A DNA stretch of 64,000 nucleotides from IMG/VR virus record IMGVR_UViG_3300031555_003108, positions 27,270-91,269 of that record; one strand, given 5' to 3'. The first letter of the stretch is position 1. Every line of letters starts with the position of its first letter. A program made the position numbers and the translations under genes. This DNA is from a virus (lineage: Duplodnaviria; Caudoviricetes). Under the pieces are notes generated by a model, which saw only the letters and a list, made by a program, of their open reading frames with translations, did no database searches and had not been told where the DNA came from. Below are positions 25,694-34,633 of this stretch, in pieces.

Positions 25694-25790
25694 TTCTGAA
25701 ATCTCCTAAATTACATAATATAAAAAGCAAAAGAAGCTAAATCCGGCGTAAGTGCAAGCAATAGCCTTAAATTTAGCCTTATAGGTGCAA

Positions 25791-26099
25791 TTAATCTAAA
25801 AGAGGAACGTATTGGGTTGAGAAGTCAGCTTCCGGAGCCTCTTTCATAGACTTATATGTAGTAGTAGCCTCAATAACAAAAGGCTTATCACAAAATTCGC
25901 AGATAAAGTGCTCGATCATGTCCGGCTCTCGAGCTTCAGTAGAATAATCCTCATAGATAATCTTTCCTACTGCATCTTTTACTATATCATCCGGCTGGCC
26001 TATCAAAGAACCAGGCATGTAGATCTCACCGGGAAGATATTCTGCTCCGCAGTGAGGACATCTAATTACGGGGGTTTTATGCGCAACTAATGTTTTCAT
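25791..26099 (-). CDS. zinc-ribbon protein
   Basis: CPHC...CEFC; likely start MKTL with GAGGAG RBS. Confidence 0.75.
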   Translation of the reverse strand: MKTLVAHKTPVIRCPHCGAEYLPGEIYMPGSLIGQPDDIVKDAVGKIIYEDYSTEAREPDMIEHFICEFCDKPFVIEATTTYKSMKEAPEADFSTQYVPLLD

Positions 26100-26124
26100 A
26101 TGTATTTTTGGCTCCTCTAACAAA

Positions 26125-26960
26125 AAAAATATTTTTTCTTTAAAATTATTTGCTAAACTTTAAGTAAAGTTTATAAGAGTATTTAAAAAACTCAATACGT
26201 TGAGAAAACCGTTAGGTTTTCGAAACGTAAACAATCAGCTTGCTGATTGTAAAGATAAATAATTAAATATATTTTTTATAGATCATTATTTAGCTCGAGA
26301 TCTATCTATAGAAAAAATAAAAATTTTCCAAAGGCTATATAGATATACAGTAAGTATATTTATATAGTATTTTTTATTTATATATATAATTATCTAATAT
26401 ATTATACAGTATATACTATAGTAATTTAATAAATTATTAAAAAATTTTTTAGAAAAATATATATTTATTTACCGGGCGGGCTATTAATTTAATAAATTAA
26501 TAATTTAATAGTTAAAAACGAAATTTTGAGAATTGCTTAATTCATTTTTTAAAGAAAACTCACTTTTACCCTAAGGAAAAAGTAAACTTTTTGCAGCTTG
26601 AGATTTCTAAAATTTCGTTTTAAAGAAATTGTAAATTTTTCGTGAGCCTGTCGTAAATTTTTTGTTAACAAAATTCTGTGAGTTCCGGGGCTTGCAAGCC
26701 CGCCAGACGCACGCTAGCATGCCATAAACTCTCTGTATCGCCCTTGAATACTAGTACCCTAGTAAGTAGTAGCCTACAGGCTTTCATCGCGTTATAGGTA
26801 CCTTAAATTGAACCAAACGAGGTTGTGAACATTTCGTAAACAATTCCAGGTAGGCCTTATATTTTTAAAACACACACAGACGGCCCTAAAACCCTCTCTG
26901 TCGCGTTTTCTTCCTCGGGCCTATAACTTATATACCTACGGCATTAAATGACGAAATTGG
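26125..26960. other. long AT-rich, palindrome-dense non-coding region (candidate replication origin or structured RNA)
   Basis: No credible ORF; at least 8 inverted repeats; middle promoter at 26401-26410. Confidence 0.55.
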
Positions 26961-26991
26961 ATGAATTACAGCTGCCTGGGAAAGCATAAAC

Positions 26992-27021
26992 AAAAGGACC
27001 CTCAAAAAGAAGGTCCATTTA
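26992..27021. terminator. intrinsic terminator
   Basis: AAAGGACC...GGTCCATTT. Confidence 0.55.
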
Positions 27022-27026
27022 TTTTT

Positions 27027-27557
27027 TTATTTAATAACAGAATCAATACGAGAAAGTATGTCTTCTATAATTTCCTGTGTGGCTTCAGAAAGATTTTTCT
27101 CTGGGTCGGCTTTAGCTTTATTATAATAAAAATCACTAAGCTCTTTTATATCTCCCGAGGCTATAGAGAAGGAACCCCAGTCGCAGATCATCTCGAGTAT
27201 ATAGATATAAGGCATGTCCTCGCCGTCCCAGTACTCAGGATGATGCTCATTATTCATATAATGGTGTTCCCAAGCCTTTTCATATTCAGGAGTCTTCTTT
27301 CCGTCGCCGAACCACTTCTGAGCGTAAGGTTCAAACTCTTCTTCTGAGAACTTAGATTCGTCGTGCTCGGCTATGAGATCATTAAATACTTCTATATCTA
27401 TATTCTCGAAAAGGTCGGGACACTCTTTCTGGAGCCAAGAAGAAAACTGAGTAACTCTTTCTTTATGTTCTATAACATAGTTCTTATATTCTTCCTGATA
27501 ACCGTCGAGGCCTTCAGTAATCATATCTAAAAACTTATAAGCTTGAAGTAAATTCAT
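27027..27557 (-). CDS. HD-superfamily (DUF5662-like) protein with N-terminal leader
   Basis: HK..V, HDESK, AW.HH...N.HHPEYW, EMICDW. Confidence 0.75.
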   Translation of the reverse strand: MNLLQAYKFLDMITEGLDGYQEEYKNYVIEHKERVTQFSSWLQKECPDLFENIDIEVFNDLIAEHDESKFSEEEFEPYAQKWFGDGKKTPEYEKAWEHHYMNNEHHPEYWDGEDMPYIYILEMICDWGSFSIASGDIKELSDFYYNKAKADPEKNLSEATQEIIEDILSRIDSVIK

Positions 27558-27583
27558 TTAGTTTTGCCTTTCTATAAATAAAA

Positions 27584-28786
27584 TTAATCCCAAAGATTTT
27601 CGTAAAGCTTGAAGTCGTCGGCTATAGAAAAAGATTCAGTAAGACTTTTATGTTCAGGACTTCCTGTCTTAGGAACATGAAAGTGAGTTTTAATTTTTAA
27701 TAATAAGTCTTCCCAGCCGACGGCGGATTTAGTAGCTATTCGCTGTCCGTCCATATCTAAATGAATAAAAAATAGATCACCAAATTTACACTCTACTTCT
27801 AAACTAAGGTTATACTCGTCTCCATTGGTAAAGGCTCTCTGCTCTTCGTACTCGAAGCCAGTGTCATTCGGCCCGTTTACAGAAGTAAAAATAACAGAAG
27901 AATCTTTATGCTTCTGCATATAAGCTACTAACTCAGCAAATTTTTCTTTATTAGTTTTAGAAGAAGTTGCTGAAGCGGACTGAGAAGCTTTAGGAGGATT
28001 CATAAGCTGCCATTCATTAAGAGATTCAGTAAGAAGGTCGTCATAATCTGAAGTTCCTTCGTTCGGAAGAAACATATAGGTGTCAGTAAGAATTTCTAAA
28101 ACTTTCTCATAGCCTTCGTAATCGTTTTGATAAACTACTTTGCCATCCACGAAAATACTAAGATAGAATTCATCAGTATATTTATTAACACTTACTATAA
28201 TAGTTCTATCGAATTCATCATTACCAGTATTATAGTGCTCACTAAGGTGGAAGCTGTATTCCTTAATATCCTTGTAAGTAATGCTCTCTAGCTCGGAGGA
28301 AGCATGGTCTATATGATACTTAATAAGTTTTTCAAATCTTTTCTTGTAGCCGCCGGTAGAAGGAGTTTTATTGTTCATAGCAACCCACTCAGTAAGTAAG
28401 TTCTTATACTCAAGCTCTCTAGTTTCCGGAACCACTATATAAGGTCTAAGAGTTTTTAAAAGCTCAGGCCAGCCGGTTCCTTTTAGTTCCTCATCAAGTT
28501 GTCTATTAACAAATATTCTTACTTGCCAATCTTCTGAAGCAGGGTCAATAGAAATTTTATATTCTACTACCTGTCCGTCATCGTACTGCTCAGCGAACCC
28601 GAGCCTGTCCTTAGTAAGTAAGCCGACGAAAAGATAATCTACGTCAACGGGAAGATTGTCACCATGATATCTAATTAACTTCGCAAGCCGCTTCTTAAAA
28701 CCTGTATTAGAAGAAGTACTCACTACTGAAGCTGTATTAGAACTCGCAGCAGGCTTATTTATATATTGCCATTCTCTTAATTCCAT
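27584..28786 (-). CDS. three-repeat putative polyprotein (L-x-E|W junctions)
   Basis: Three ~125-aa homologous units, each starting after LRE/LTE/LNE + W; late promoter at 28886. Confidence 0.8.
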   Translation of the reverse strand: MELREWQYINKPAASSNTASVVSTSSNTGFKKRLAKLIRYHGDNLPVDVDYLFVGLLTKDRLGFAEQYDDGQVVEYKISIDPASEDWQVRIFVNRQLDEELKGTGWPELLKTLRPYIVVPETRELEYKNLLTEWVAMNNKTPSTGGYKKRFEKLIKYHIDHASSELESITYKDIKEYSFHLSEHYNTGNDEFDRTIIVSVNKYTDEFYLSIFVDGKVVYQNDYEGYEKVLEILTDTYMFLPNEGTSDYDDLLTESLNEWQLMNPPKASQSASATSSKTNKEKFAELVAYMQKHKDSSVIFTSVNGPNDTGFEYEEQRAFTNGDEYNLSLEVECKFGDLFFIHLDMDGQRIATKSAVGWEDLLLKIKTHFHVPKTGSPEHKSLTESFSIADDFKLYENLWD

Positions 28787-28885
28787 GTTAAGTTCTCCTT
28801 ATAATAAAAGCTCCCGAGAAAGCCAGCTCTCAGAAGCATACTATCAAATGAGTCTATTTGTCGCATCCACTTTTTCCCATTCATT

Positions 28886-28895
28886 TAATTTAGCA
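28886..28895 (-). promoter_or_regulatory. putative late promoter TGCTAAATTA
   Basis: Consensus match. Confidence 0.65.
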
Positions 28896-29035
28896 TAATA
28901 TTTTAATTAATTTATTATTTTAATAATCTGATAATTTATCAGGTATGAAGGATTAAGGAAGAAAGAAGTATGTTATTTATCATATATGATAAATTATAAA
29001 AAGAACTTAAGTATTTCTACCTAAGTTCTTATATT

Positions 29036-29821
29036 TTAATTATCTGCTTTTATACATTCTTCTTCTGTATATTCATCTACAGGTTCTTCAACAATTTGTT
29101 CTTCTGTTTCATAGGTGACCGAGATCTCAATACCGAAACGAGACTTTAATAGTTCTTTTGCTTTTTCTCCTACTTCATTATTATTAAGAGTAAGATTAAA
29201 TAAAGCTTCTTTTAGATGAGTACAGGGAACACATTCTCCACATACTTTTTCTCCTTCATATATAACAGCCTCGCAGGAAGTGCAGAGTTCTACCAAGTAA
29301 GGAAATTCTTCCATAAGTGTTTTAACTACATCTGTTTTATTAAAGTACTTAAGAGGATAATGTGTATAGATTATTTTATCTTCTTGTATTTTACATGCCG
29401 CCTTAATTAAGTTATTAATATTTTTTTCATGGAGTATCGCTTGGTCATTTTGATTATAACCCAAATACAAGGTATCTTTATGTTCCAGGATGGGAATAAT
29501 ATTGCACAGCCAAAAAATAGGTTGAGCTAATCCTCTGCTATTATAAGCGTCGCCTGTGATCCAATTCGATTCTACATGAATTACTTCATGTTCAATTTTA
29601 ATTTTAGGAAATTGTTTGCGCAGTTCCCTGAGAATTAAGAGCTGACTCTCATATTCTCTTCTAAGCTTTTGTGTTCCTGTAAGATTGTGATCAATCGTGA
29701 CGGCACAAACAGAAGTGTTATCTTCTGCTTCTTTTACTAATCTCGCAAGAACAAGAGCAGAATCAAAGCCACCAGAGAAGAGAACTATTTTTCTATTTCC
29801 TTTTTCTAAAGTATAAGACAT
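29036..29821 (-). CDS. queC: QueC-like (7-cyano-7-deazaguanine synthase family) PP-loop ATPase
   Basis: VLFSGGFDS PP-loop; TSC...CGECVPC Zn site. Confidence 0.7.
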   Translation of the reverse strand: MSYTLEKGNRKIVLFSGGFDSALVLARLVKEAEDNTSVCAVTIDHNLTGTQKLRREYESQLLILRELRKQFPKIKIEHEVIHVESNWITGDAYNSRGLAQPIFWLCNIIPILEHKDTLYLGYNQNDQAILHEKNINNLIKAACKIQEDKIIYTHYPLKYFNKTDVVKTLMEEFPYLVELCTSCEAVIYEGEKVCGECVPCTHLKEALFNLTLNNNEVGEKAKELLKSRFGIEISVTYETEEQIVEEPVDEYTEEECIKADN

Positions 29822-30196
29822 TTAGTTTTCTCCTCTCAGAAATTCTTTATGGTCATTGCTATCAAGGTATTCAGCAGTCAAAGGAGTTCTATTAAGAGGA
29901 ATTCCCTGCTTATCAAGATACTTACATACTTCAAAGCTAAGGTCCTCAAGGGCTTCCTTATAAGAACCAATTAAACAACCATCATGCAGAGTTCTTACTT
30001 GTTTACCAAGGAAATCTACGAAGTCATAGAACTTCTTATTCTGGTCCTCAAAGGAATCTACAGTAGGTTCCTGGTCGAGAAGGCAACCGGCCAGATTAAG
30101 ACCATCGCGCCAGTCCTCGCCTTCATGTTGATAGTCAGGTTCTCTACTTACTTTGTCAAGGGTTTCTTGAAATTTGTTCGCGTCAATAAGTCTCAT
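29822..30196 (-). CDS. hypothetical phage protein (MRLIDA...PTV family)
   Basis: N-terminal MRLIDAN motif. Confidence 0.75.
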   Translation of the reverse strand: MRLIDANKFQETLDKVSREPDYQHEGEDWRDGLNLAGCLLDQEPTVDSFEDQNKKFYDFVDFLGKQVRTLHDGCLIGSYKEALEDLSFEVCKYLDKQGIPLNRTPLTAEYLDSNDHKEFLRGEN

Positions 30197-30197
30197 A

Positions 30198-30464
30198 TTA
30201 TCCTCCTTCAGTTATATCAATAAGTTCTTTCTGCCAACTAAAGATTTTTCTTTCCTGCAGAAATCTTTCTGACTCATACTCATTGAAAATATATTTCATG
30301 TAAACATTAGAAGCTTTAATTACAAGACCGTTACCAGCTTCAACTACCAGTTCGGCAGTATCCTCACCTAAAAGGCCTTTAGTTACATTAATATTAAATT
30401 TATAATTTTCTGAATATGTTGAGTGCAGGAACTTAAGAACATCATTATAAAATTGTGTAGTCAT
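30198..30464 (-). CDS. hypothetical protein
   Basis: AGGAGG RBS; middle promoter 30493-30502. Confidence 0.7.
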   Translation of the reverse strand: MTTQFYNDVLKFLHSTYSENYKFNINVTKGLLGEDTAELVVEAGNGLVIKASNVYMKYIFNEYESERFLQERKIFSWQKELIDITEGG

Positions 30465-30650
30465 AGTATTCCTCCTAAATATTCTTTAATATATAATACA
30501 GCAGCGACAGATAGATTTTAACATGAAATATATTTTTCTTATCTTAAAACTTAAACTCATTTTCTATATAGGTTATTTATTATATTGTTTTATATATGAG
30601 ATTAAGGTAAAACCTTAACTCATTTATTTTTTTTCATGTCGCCGGAAAAG

Positions 30651-30685
30651 AAAAAGAACGATACCCATTAGATACCGTTCTTTTT
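30651..30685. terminator. bidirectional intrinsic terminator
   Basis: AAAAAGAACG...CGTTCTTTTT. Confidence 0.65.
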
Positions 30686-30688
30686 ATA

Positions 30689-30979
30689 TTATACTGCTAC
30701 CTTTGCAAACTCTTCTCCACGGTCGCAGAAGCTATAAATCATGCTTCTAACAAGTCCCCAGCTCATGCCACTATGATTCTGAGCTTCCATAAGTTTAAGG
30801 GCGTGAGATAAGTCACAACCCTCGTTGAGAGCTTTTACAATCTCAAGGCAGCAACCAAGCTCCATACCGTGATAAAGATCATCTAATCTAATAGGAACAC
30901 ACTTATCCCAATCTTTCCAATATTTTTCATCGATAATCTTATGGCCTTCTTCAATCCAATGTTTAACATTATTATCCAT
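30689..30979 (-). CDS. conserved hypothetical phage protein
   Basis: QNHSGMSW...FCDRGEEF motif; own promoter at 31021. Confidence 0.75.
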   Translation of the reverse strand: MDNNVKHWIEEGHKIIDEKYWKDWDKCVPIRLDDLYHGMELGCCLEIVKALNEGCDLSHALKLMEAQNHSGMSWGLVRSMIYSFCDRGEEFAKVAV

Positions 30980-31102
30980 ATTATTTTTTACCTTTCTTAA
31001 AATATATTTTTAATATTAATATTATACAATATAAAAATCTAAATTTTGATAAAGATTACAAATAGATAAGGAACCTGCTCATGCGGAAATACATCTTCTA
31101 TA

Positions 31103-31447
31103 TCATCTCCAATATTTCATAGACTCAGTAATTTTCTTATAATTATCTCTTACTTCTTGCTGAGTCATTTTTCTTACTTGCTCCGGCGTGAACATATCTT
31201 CTTCGATAGTAGTAATTTTAGAAATTGCTTCTGCAGCTAAAGAAGGTCTGGCTTTACAGATACCCGCTTCAATCAGATATTCCCCGAGGTCTTTTAGAAT
31301 ATCGTATGTATTTCTATAATAACCGTAATCTGTTTTTGTTTCTACCCCAAAACGCCTTAGATAATATTCTGCAGTAGCTACCCTGCTTTGTTCTTCCTGC
31401 TCTTCTTCATAGGTTTTAGTATATTCTAATTTTGTTGATTCGTACAT
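31103..31447 (-). CDS. hypothetical protein
   Basis: ORF track; GGAGG RBS. Confidence 0.7.
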   Translation of the reverse strand: MYESTKLEYTKTYEEEQEEQSRVATAEYYLRRFGVETKTDYGYYRNTYDILKDLGEYLIEAGICKARPSLAAEAISKITTIEEDMFTPEQVRKMTQQEVRDNYKKITESMKYWR

Positions 31448-31461
31448 ATTAAGCCTCCGTG

Positions 31462-31842
31462 TTATTCAACCCAGTCCTCGAAATGATAGATTCCGTCTTT
31501 GCAGTAGCTGTGGCTATAAGCTTTCATAAATTCATTATATTCTGCCACAGTCATATTTTCTTCATCTATAGTTGCCTCGTATTTATACCTTCCACTTGGT
31601 ACTCTGAAAAATAGCCCGAGGGTGCAACCCATGATTAAAAGCACGCATAAACCAGCTGTGCCAATATAAAGAATAGCCTTTGACAACTTTTCGTTAGAAA
31701 GCTTTTTATGATCCTTAAAAGAATAGATTAACAAACCTATAAGAAAGATGATCATAGAAAAACCAAAGATGCCAATAACATTAGTTGCCCAAGGCGCCAT
31801 CATTGTAATAGATTCTTTAGAAATAATATTTACATGATCCAT
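31462..31842 (-). CDS. membrane protein (2 TM)
   Basis: Two hydrophobic helices. Confidence 0.75.
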   Translation of the reverse strand: MDHVNIISKESITMMAPWATNVIGIFGFSMIIFLIGLLIYSFKDHKKLSNEKLSKAILYIGTAGLCVLLIMGCTLGLFFRVPSGRYKYEATIDEENMTVAEYNEFMKAYSHSYCKDGIYHFEDWVE

Positions 31843-31870
31843 TTGGTTAGTCCTCCAAAATATTTAGTTA

Positions 31871-32056
31871 TCATTTCTTTTTCCATTTGTCATGTTCCGC
31901 CACGAGATACTCAAATACCTCAGGTGAAACTAAACGCTCTAAAAGTTCAGTACGAACCTCGATAAAGTGATATGTATTATCAAGATAATTATATCCACAT
32001 TCAATACAAGTACCGCAAGCAAAGCCGCGAGTATTTTTACAACTAGGACATTCCAT
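31871..32056 (-). CDS. small Zn-finger protein
   Basis: CPSC...CIECG; AGGAGG RBS; promoter at 32088. Confidence 0.7.
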   Translation of the reverse strand: MECPSCKNTRGFACGTCIECGYNYLDNTYHFIEVRTELLERLVSPEVFEYLVAEHDKWKKK

Positions 32057-32164
32057 TAATACTTCCTCCTATTAATTTCTATATAATATTATACAGTAGC
32101 AATCTGCCTAAAATAAAGGAAAAAGAAAAAGCTTAAAGATTTTACTCTCTAAGCTTTTATTATT

Positions 32165-34072
32165 TTAATTATTGTTCATGGTTTCGGCTTTATACTCTCT
32201 AAAGTATTTTAGCACTTCTTCTTTGGTTAATTTAACTGGCCCATTTGGGTCTGTAACTTTTTCAAGCCAAGCTTTATAGTTATAGTCAGTATTTCCATAA
32301 AGTGCAACTGCGCTTATATCAGTTGCATACTTTCCCATATAATTATTATATGCAAGAGACAACGCCGTTGGATATTCTGTAGCAAAATTTTTAAGATATT
32401 TTAAAGTGTTTTTCCTATTTGTGTTAGCAGCTTTTTTAAATAAATCTTTTATTGGTAACCGGTCTACTGCTGGCATGCCTTTGCTTAATGTTACTAAATC
32501 TCTTGAGTTATAATTAAACTTTTGTTTACAGTACTTTGAAAAATGGCTCCAATCTACATTTACAGGCTCTAGTGCAGTTATATTAGTACGAATAGCGTTT
32601 GTATTTTTGATGAACCAGTCGGTATAAGCTATCGCCAAACTTTTCTCAGGAGACTCTGTAGTAAGTTGTGTAAGGAATGCTTGAATTGTATCGGCACTTT
32701 TAGTTTTGTCTGCGAAGGCTTCTTCTGCATTAAATAGTGACTGGCCTGTATTATAGATCGCATAAATATCTTTTATATTTAGCCCATGTTCTTGTATTGC
32801 TTCTAAGAAAGCTTTGTAGTTGTATTTTTCATTAGTTGTTATGTCTGCAGTAGAGGTAGTATTTTTAGATAGTGCCGCGTTATATGCTATATTATAGCCA
32901 TTAGTATTCTTATACTTTGTTAACTCATTTTTAACAAAATCGATAACTGCTTCTCGAGAGCTTGTAATTTTGTAGAAGTATTCCATAATAGAAGGTTTTT
33001 TGAGTGTCTTAGCTCGTTTTATGCTCAAGTCAATCTCTGGGATATTAGATTCTTCTTTTGACTGATAAACATAGATTGTGAGGTCTTGCTCTTTTACTAA
33101 TTTACGAAGCCACATTACATCAGGTGCAGTATTTTGTTCGTTATCATAATTATTTTCTTTATAATTAGAAGGTAGAACAATACCGACTATGCAGTCTTCT
33201 ATCCTTAGATACGGCTGATCGTCTGCTAGCCATACTCTAAACTCACCTTCATTAAGATTAGTGTGCTCTTTTATATAATCTAAAAGTCCCGGTATTTCTT
33301 TATAGAGGTCAACAAAGTATGGAGACAGAATCTGCGTTCTACAGAAGCCTCTTAGAATAAAGCCTTCGACTACTCTTGATTCTATAGGACGACGTTTTAC
33401 TAAATGTTTTTCTATTTCTTCTATATCTTCTGTATATGATATTAGAGTATCAGGCTTAGTTTCACGTCGTTCTTCGATAAAGGCATCAAAAAAGTTTTTT
33501 ATTTTATCATAAAAGTCAGTTCTTCCAACGTCAACACCTTGATGCTGTTTGAGTGCTTGTCTTATATTATCATTTAAGTTGATTGTAAAGCTACCAAACG
33601 AAGTAATAAGTAATTCAGTTCCATCTTGTAGCTTCGCTGCGCCATATACGTGCATAGTGCTGCCGGGGTGGTCGAAGTCAGTGCTAATGTTAGCACCTTG
33701 TAATTGTTGTACTCTATCCTCAAGCTTTTCTTGGCTTACAGCAATACCATATTTCCATTTTTTTGGCGCACGATAAGCATGACTAAACAATTGACGAGAG
33801 AAAGATACAAATGGACGTTTTTTATGCTGTTTTTCTCCACGAGGTGTTTGAGTATCCGTTTCTTTCTGTTGAGAAGCTTTGATACGTCCTCTGCCTATAA
33901 TAGCAGCTAAAGTATGTATATCTTCTACAAAGTAACGTAATACACCTTCTATAGTGGTAGCTTCTTCTCCGTAAACTACTTCAGCTCCAGGAGTATCAAA
34001 TTTTTCTTCTAGGCCATTATTAATATCTGAAAGTTCTTCATATATACGTAAAAACTCTTCATTTAAAAGCAT
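32165..34072 (-). CDS. putative ADP-ribosyltransferase-fold protein with C-terminal repeats, late-expressed (Alt-like head cargo)
   Basis: LRYF..L..II..G.IKAS, FVSFSR, EGEFRV; three ~85-aa C-terminal repeats; late promoter 34108-34119. Confidence 0.55.
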   Translation of the reverse strand: MLLNEEFLRIYEELSDINNGLEEKFDTPGAEVVYGEEATTIEGVLRYFVEDIHTLAAIIGRGRIKASQQKETDTQTPRGEKQHKKRPFVSFSRQLFSHAYRAPKKWKYGIAVSQEKLEDRVQQLQGANISTDFDHPGSTMHVYGAAKLQDGTELLITSFGSFTINLNDNIRQALKQHQGVDVGRTDFYDKIKNFFDAFIEERRETKPDTLISYTEDIEEIEKHLVKRRPIESRVVEGFILRGFCRTQILSPYFVDLYKEIPGLLDYIKEHTNLNEGEFRVWLADDQPYLRIEDCIVGIVLPSNYKENNYDNEQNTAPDVMWLRKLVKEQDLTIYVYQSKEESNIPEIDLSIKRAKTLKKPSIMEYFYKITSSREAVIDFVKNELTKYKNTNGYNIAYNAALSKNTTSTADITTNEKYNYKAFLEAIQEHGLNIKDIYAIYNTGQSLFNAEEAFADKTKSADTIQAFLTQLTTESPEKSLAIAYTDWFIKNTNAIRTNITALEPVNVDWSHFSKYCKQKFNYNSRDLVTLSKGMPAVDRLPIKDLFKKAANTNRKNTLKYLKNFATEYPTALSLAYNNYMGKYATDISAVALYGNTDYNYKAWLEKVTDPNGPVKLTKEEVLKYFREYKAETMNNN

Positions 34073-34107
34073 TTGTTTAATTCCTTTCAGTTATAGTTTC
34101 TTATGTA

Positions 34108-34119
34108 TAATTTAGCAAA
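34108..34119 (-). promoter_or_regulatory. putative late promoter TTTGCTAAATTA
   Basis: Consensus match. Confidence 0.75.
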
Positions 34120-34186
34120 TGCTTAGTTCAATAGAAAAAGAACAATACGAAGTTTTTATCCTAAGTATTGTTCTTTATATTGTTCT

Positions 34187-34576
34187 TTACTTATTCACAT
34201 CAATATCGGGGAGCGCCGTATAGAAGTGTACTTTATAATGATAAGGGTCGGTAGCAGTACCTGTAATATCTTCTACGACATAGATAACGTATTCATTAAG
34301 GTAAATATAATTCTTTTTGTATACATTTTCGCCGGTCTTACAAGTAACCACAAGTTCATTCGTAGAATTATTAGAAAGGCTCATGTAGCCTTCCATTTCC
34401 ATAATGATTAGGTCTGTGCGTGCGTTGTAGACTGTAATCTTTCGAAGACACTCGAAGTTATCTGCTGCTTTGGAAAGATTGTTATTTATATTGTCCGCCG
34501 CCGAACAGGAAGCAAAGCCAAGGCAGCAAGTTCCAAGAACAGTAATACAAAGAAACATTATAAGAAGCTTTTTCAT
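34187..34576 (-). CDS. conserved phage lipoprotein
   Basis: Signal peptide with lipobox FASC; NLSKAADNF..RKITVYN.RTD. Confidence 0.8.
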   Translation of the reverse strand: MKKLLIMFLCITVLGTCCLGFASCSAADNINNNLSKAADNFECLRKITVYNARTDLIIMEMEGYMSLSNNSTNELVVTCKTGENVYKKNYIYLNEYVIYVVEDITGTATDPYHYKVHFYTALPDIDVNK

Positions 34577-34633
34577 TTTTAATTATCCTTTCAAATTTAA
34601 TTTACTATATTATACAATATTTAATTATTTAAA

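Noticed and set aside
26125-26960. Possible CRISPR or guide-RNA array
   Set aside because: No regularly spaced direct repeats with unique spacers; the structure is inverted repeats.
26961-27347. 128-aa + strand ORF
   Set aside because: Crosses a terminator and is antisense to the HD-domain gene.
28928-28994. Fur box
   Set aside because: TGATAA half-sites are present, but the spacing does not fit the 7-1-7 consensus and the region is very AT-rich.
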